NCBI RefSeq assembly: GCF_024170405.1
Contig: NZ_JALJYC010000046.1
Span: forward strand, 1 to 7,139
Length of the DNA: 7,139 nt
Direction of reading: 5' to 3'
DNA from: Neisseria perflava
Lineage (GTDB): Bacteria; Pseudomonadota; Gammaproteobacteria; Burkholderiales; Neisseriaceae
Shown here: positions 5,564 through 7,139 of the stretch, one piece after another
Layout: every line of letters begins with the position of its first letter
Numbering within the stretch: position 1 is the stretch's first letter
Notes under the pieces: generated by a model
What the model was told of the DNA's origin: nothing
The model's database searches: none
The model's input: the letters and a program-made list of their open reading frames with translations, nothing else
Program-made: the position numbers and the translations under genes

Positions 5564-5938
5564 TTGGCCGAGCGTCCCGAATCAAAACCTATTTATGACA
5601 GTGTCCGTCAGGTCAAAACCTATGAGCGCATAGCAGCTTGTATTTCCGGCGGCAAAAGTGGATGTACTTGTTACAGCGATCAAGCAACGCCGTTGAAAGA
5701 AATCACTAAGGCTATGTGTGAGAAGTACGCCAAAGATGGCATACCATTCAACCCATATAAAGAGCCGGAAACGCAAAACATGGCCAAAGCGCAGGCACAG
5801 CACCAAACGGCAGATTCAGACGGCCAGCCGTCCCAAATCGTATCACTCGGCGGCAAGAGCCAACAGAATCTGATGTATGACAACCTAGTATCCCGTGACA
5901 GTTTCGGTACGCAAAACGGGGCAAAAGTTGGGGGATAG
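5564..5938 (+). CDS. Probable C-terminal (periplasmic) part of the Zot/pI-like protein, separated by a frameshift; alternatively an independent 124-aa protein
   Basis: This frame is open from 5489, overlapping the zot stop. It has no ATG or GTG and no SD before the TTG at 5564. It contains SGCTCYSDQATPL, which resembles a Cys-x-Cys-Tyr motif I recall in the C-terminal domains of Zot-like proteins. Joined to 4762-5499 it would give about 390 aa. Confidence 0.55.
   Translation: MAERPESKPIYDSVRQVKTYERIAACISGGKSGCTCYSDQATPLKEITKAMCEKYAKDGIPFNPYKEPETQNMAKAQAQHQTADSDGQPSQIVSLGGKSQQNLMYDNLVSRDSFGTQNGAKVGG
5815..5826 (-). repeat. DNA uptake sequence core (minus strand) inside phage coding sequence
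   Basis: TTCAGACGGC at 5815-5824 is an exact match. The 12-mer reads TGGCCGTCTGAA. Confidence 0.85.
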
Positions 5939-5946
5939 ACAATATC

Positions 5947-6000
5947 GCTGCTTTTTTCGGGTTGATAACGCTTTAGCGGAATCGACCCGAAAAAAGCAGC
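5947..6000 (+). promoter_or_regulatory. Perfect 16-bp stem hairpin 9 nt after the last morphogenesis ORF (candidate packaging signal, minus-strand origin, or part of a structured ncRNA)
   Basis: GCTGCTTTTTTCGGGT (5947-5962) is the exact reverse complement of ACCCGAAAAAAGCAGC (5985-6000). Three further pairs (5964-5966 with 5981-5983) extend the stem inward. No U-run follows on either strand. Confidence 0.6.
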
Positions 6001-6001
6001 A

Positions 6002-6023
6002 CGGGGGTTCAGGGAACACCCCG
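6002..6023 (+). promoter_or_regulatory. Short GC hairpin directly abutting the previous one
   Basis: CGGGG (6002-6006) pairs with CCCCG (6019-6023), with a 12-nt loop. Confidence 0.4.
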
Positions 6024-6030
6024 ACAGTTC

Positions 6031-6106
6031 AAACCATACGATACCGCCAAATAAACGGCCTGCCTGATAGCCTAATCAAGATTGGTACGTATGGTTTTCT
6101 TTATTT
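6031..6106 (+). promoter_or_regulatory. Long hairpin with a 38-nt loop and a T-rich tail (terminator-like end of the structured non-coding region)
   Basis: AAACCATACG-A-TACC (6031-6045, A6041 bulged) pairs with GGTACGTATGGTTT (6084-6097), giving 14 bp. The tail is TCTTTATTT (6098-6106). Confidence 0.5.
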
Positions 6107-6116
6107 GTAATTCATT

Positions 6117-6127
6117 ACGGTATCTTG
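6117..6127 (+). repeat. Copy 2 of ACGGTATCTTG, 31 nt upstream of the recombinase ATG
   Basis: Exact 11-mer. With the preceding T it shares 12 nt (TACGGTATCTTG) with copy 3. Confidence 0.6.
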
Positions 6128-6158
6128 GGCATTCAGCCCGTATAAATAAGGTTTGAGG

Positions 6159-7139
6159 ATGGTTTATTTGGGATCAGATGTATCAAAATCAACGATAGAT
6201 TGCTACATTCTGAGTGATGAAAAATCAGAACATTTCAAGATAGAAAACAATTCAGACGGCCTTAACAAACTACTTGAACAATTCAAACACCAAGACCTGT
6301 CAAAAATCCATGCCTGCTGTGAATCAACAGGCATTTATTATTTGAAAGTTGCCGAATTTCTGTACAGTTATCAGATTAAAATCAGCGTGGTAAACCCATT
6401 AGTCATCAAAAATTATGCACGTTTAAAACTGTCACGGATTAAAACTGACAAGCAGGATTCGAAGTTGATAGCGGAATACTGTCAAAATCAGAAGCCGAAG
6501 CTATGGCAACCTGACAGCCCTTTAAAACAGCAAATTCGCAGTTTGAACCGCAGAGCGGATCAACTAAACAGTTTGCTGGTAATGGAAAAGAACCGTCATC
6601 AGGTAGCGGATGATTGCGTTAAATTATCTATTGAGGAAACAATAGGCTTTTTAACCGAACAGATACAATCCGTTAAAAGACAAATTCAGGATTTGATAGA
6701 CAACAATACTGATTTGAAACAAAAACAGGGCATATTGGAAACAATACCGGGTATCGGCAAAACTACGGCTGCATGGTTATTGTCGGTATTGGTTGATTTG
6801 AACAAGTTTCCCAACGCCAAGCACTTTGTAAGCTATCTTGGTCTGACACCGGTTATTAAAGAATCCGGGACAAGTGTAAGAGGGTTATCTGTCATATCGA
6901 AAATGGGGGATAGGGCTGTAAGGAAAGCCCTATATATGCCTGCGCGTTCGGTTTGTACCCGCTCCAAGCTTTGGCGGCCTTGGTATGAGCAAAAACTTGA
7001 AGCGGGGAAACATCCAAAGGAAATTTATGTAGCCATGATGAAAAAAATATGTATTTATGCCTACACCTGCTTACAGAAAAATCAGCCTTTTGATGAAAAT
7101 TTACATAAGCGGCTTACAAGTGAATACGGTATCTTGATT
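6159..7139 (+). CDS. IS110-family (Piv/MooV-like, DEDD) transposase/recombinase, 3' end beyond the window
   Basis: My own translation gives 327 codons from ATG 6159 to the window edge with no stop. It begins MVYLGSDVSKSTIDCYIL. DEDD candidates are D7 (GSDVSK), E55 (CCESTGIYY), and D97 and D100 (IKTDKQDSKLIAEY). A Transposase_20-like C-terminal domain is present (PGIGKTTAAWLLSVLVDLNKFPNAKHFVSYLGLTPVIKESGTSVRG...SKMGDRAVRKALYM). An AAGG SD lies 7 nt upstream. Confidence 0.9.
   Translation, partial: MVYLGSDVSKSTIDCYILSDEKSEHFKIENNSDGLNKLLEQFKHQDLSKIHACCESTGIYYLKVAEFLYSYQIKISVVNPLVIKNYARLKLSRIKTDKQDSKLIAEYCQNQKPKLWQPDSPLKQQIRSLNRRADQLNSLLVMEKNRHQVADDCVKLSIEETIGFLTEQIQSVKRQIQDLIDNNTDLKQKQGILETIPGIGKTTAAWLLSVLVDLNKFPNAKHFVSYLGLTPVIKESGTSVRGLSVISKMGDRAVRKALYMPARSVCTRSKLWRPWYEQKLEAGKHPKEIYVAMMKKICIYAYTCLQKNQPFDENLHKRLTSEYGILI
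6251..6262 (-). repeat. DNA uptake sequence 12-mer AGGCCGTCTGAA (minus strand) inside the recombinase gene
   Basis: TTCAGACGGCCT at 6251-6262 is an exact match. Confidence 0.85.
7126..7136 (+). repeat. Copy 3 of ACGGTATCTTG, inside the last recombinase codons visible in the window (candidate attR / right-end core)
   Basis: Exact 11-mer within ...AGT GAA TAC GGT ATC TTG ATT. Confidence 0.6.

Larger units (their letters stand above)
71..7139 (+). mobile_element. Nf/MDA-like filamentous (Inoviridae) prophage with an IS110-family recombinase module; right end at or beyond the window edge
   Basis: Gene order and protein features match CTXphi/Ff/Nf layouts: Rep_trans-like Rep, leader-bearing 42-aa mature coat protein, pIII-like protein with a Gly/Thr/Ser linker and C-terminal anchor, pVI-like protein, and a Zot-like Walker ATPase with a TM segment. 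All are on one strand and tightly coupled through ATGA/TAATG overlaps. The left limit is inferred from the 11-mer at 71-81, just right of the flank terminator. Confidence 0.85.

Noticed and set aside
5582-5942. Three overlapping minus-strand ORFs (5582-5806, 5680-5883, 5748-5942)
   Set aside because: They overlap each other and lie antisense to the Zot C-terminal frame. None has start signals, and every real gene in this element is on the + strand, as expected for an inovirus.
5895-6110. 71-aa + strand ORF spanning the end of the Zot C-terminal ORF and the intergenic hairpins
   Set aside because: It reads straight through three inverted repeats and the T-rich tail, has no SD, and overlaps the preceding ORF. 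The region is better explained as structured non-coding DNA/RNA.
6141-6147. TATAAAT as a -10 box for the recombinase gene
   Set aside because: No acceptable -35 lies at 16-19 nt (CGGTAT or TCTTGG). A transcript starting after it would remove the AAGG SD at 6148-6151. I could not support a promoter call here or in the left leader (38-150).
1-7139. Looked for CRISPR arrays, tRNA/rRNA, Correia elements (TATAGTGGATTAACAAAAATCAGGACAA-type ends), a dif/XerCD-like site, and toxin or defence genes
   Set aside because: No spaced direct repeats, cloverleaf-like segments, Correia termini or dif-like palindrome were seen by eye. Apart from the unrecognised ORFs at 151-372 and 2768-3073, every substantial ORF is accounted for by phage or recombinase functions. 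I cannot exclude small or divergent elements without a search.

Overview
Nearly the whole window is one Nf/MDA-type filamentous (inovirus) prophage in a Neisseriaceae host. The host call rests on four exact DNA uptake sequence cores, three of them the AGGCCGTCTGAA 12-mer. All genes are on the + strand in CTXphi/Ff-like order: small ORF, Rep_trans/RstA-like replication initiator, an interrupted ssDNA-binding-position gene, major coat protein, a coat paralogue, a 23-aa hydrophobic micro-ORF, a low-GC membrane ORF, pIII-like adsorption protein, pVI-like protein, a split Zot/pI-like assembly ATPase, about 220 nt of highly structured non-coding DNA, then an IS110-family DEDD recombinase that runs off the right edge (absent from the ORF track because it has no stop in the window). 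Bases 1-37 are a DUS inverted-repeat terminator from the chromosomal flank. Five things merit a second look. (1) An exact 11-mer, ACGGTATCTTG, occurs three times, at the left prophage edge and bracketing the recombinase gene. (2) Three stacked hairpins sit just upstream of the IS110-type recombinase; they could be a bridge/seek-RNA-like guide, or the inovirus packaging signal and minus-strand origin. (3) A T7 tract separates the ATG and signal peptide of the pIII-like gene from its body. (4) The Zot-like gene is split at an A5 tract. (5) An in-frame TAA interrupts the gene after rep. No secretin (pIV), repressor, CRISPR, tRNA or rRNA was seen.
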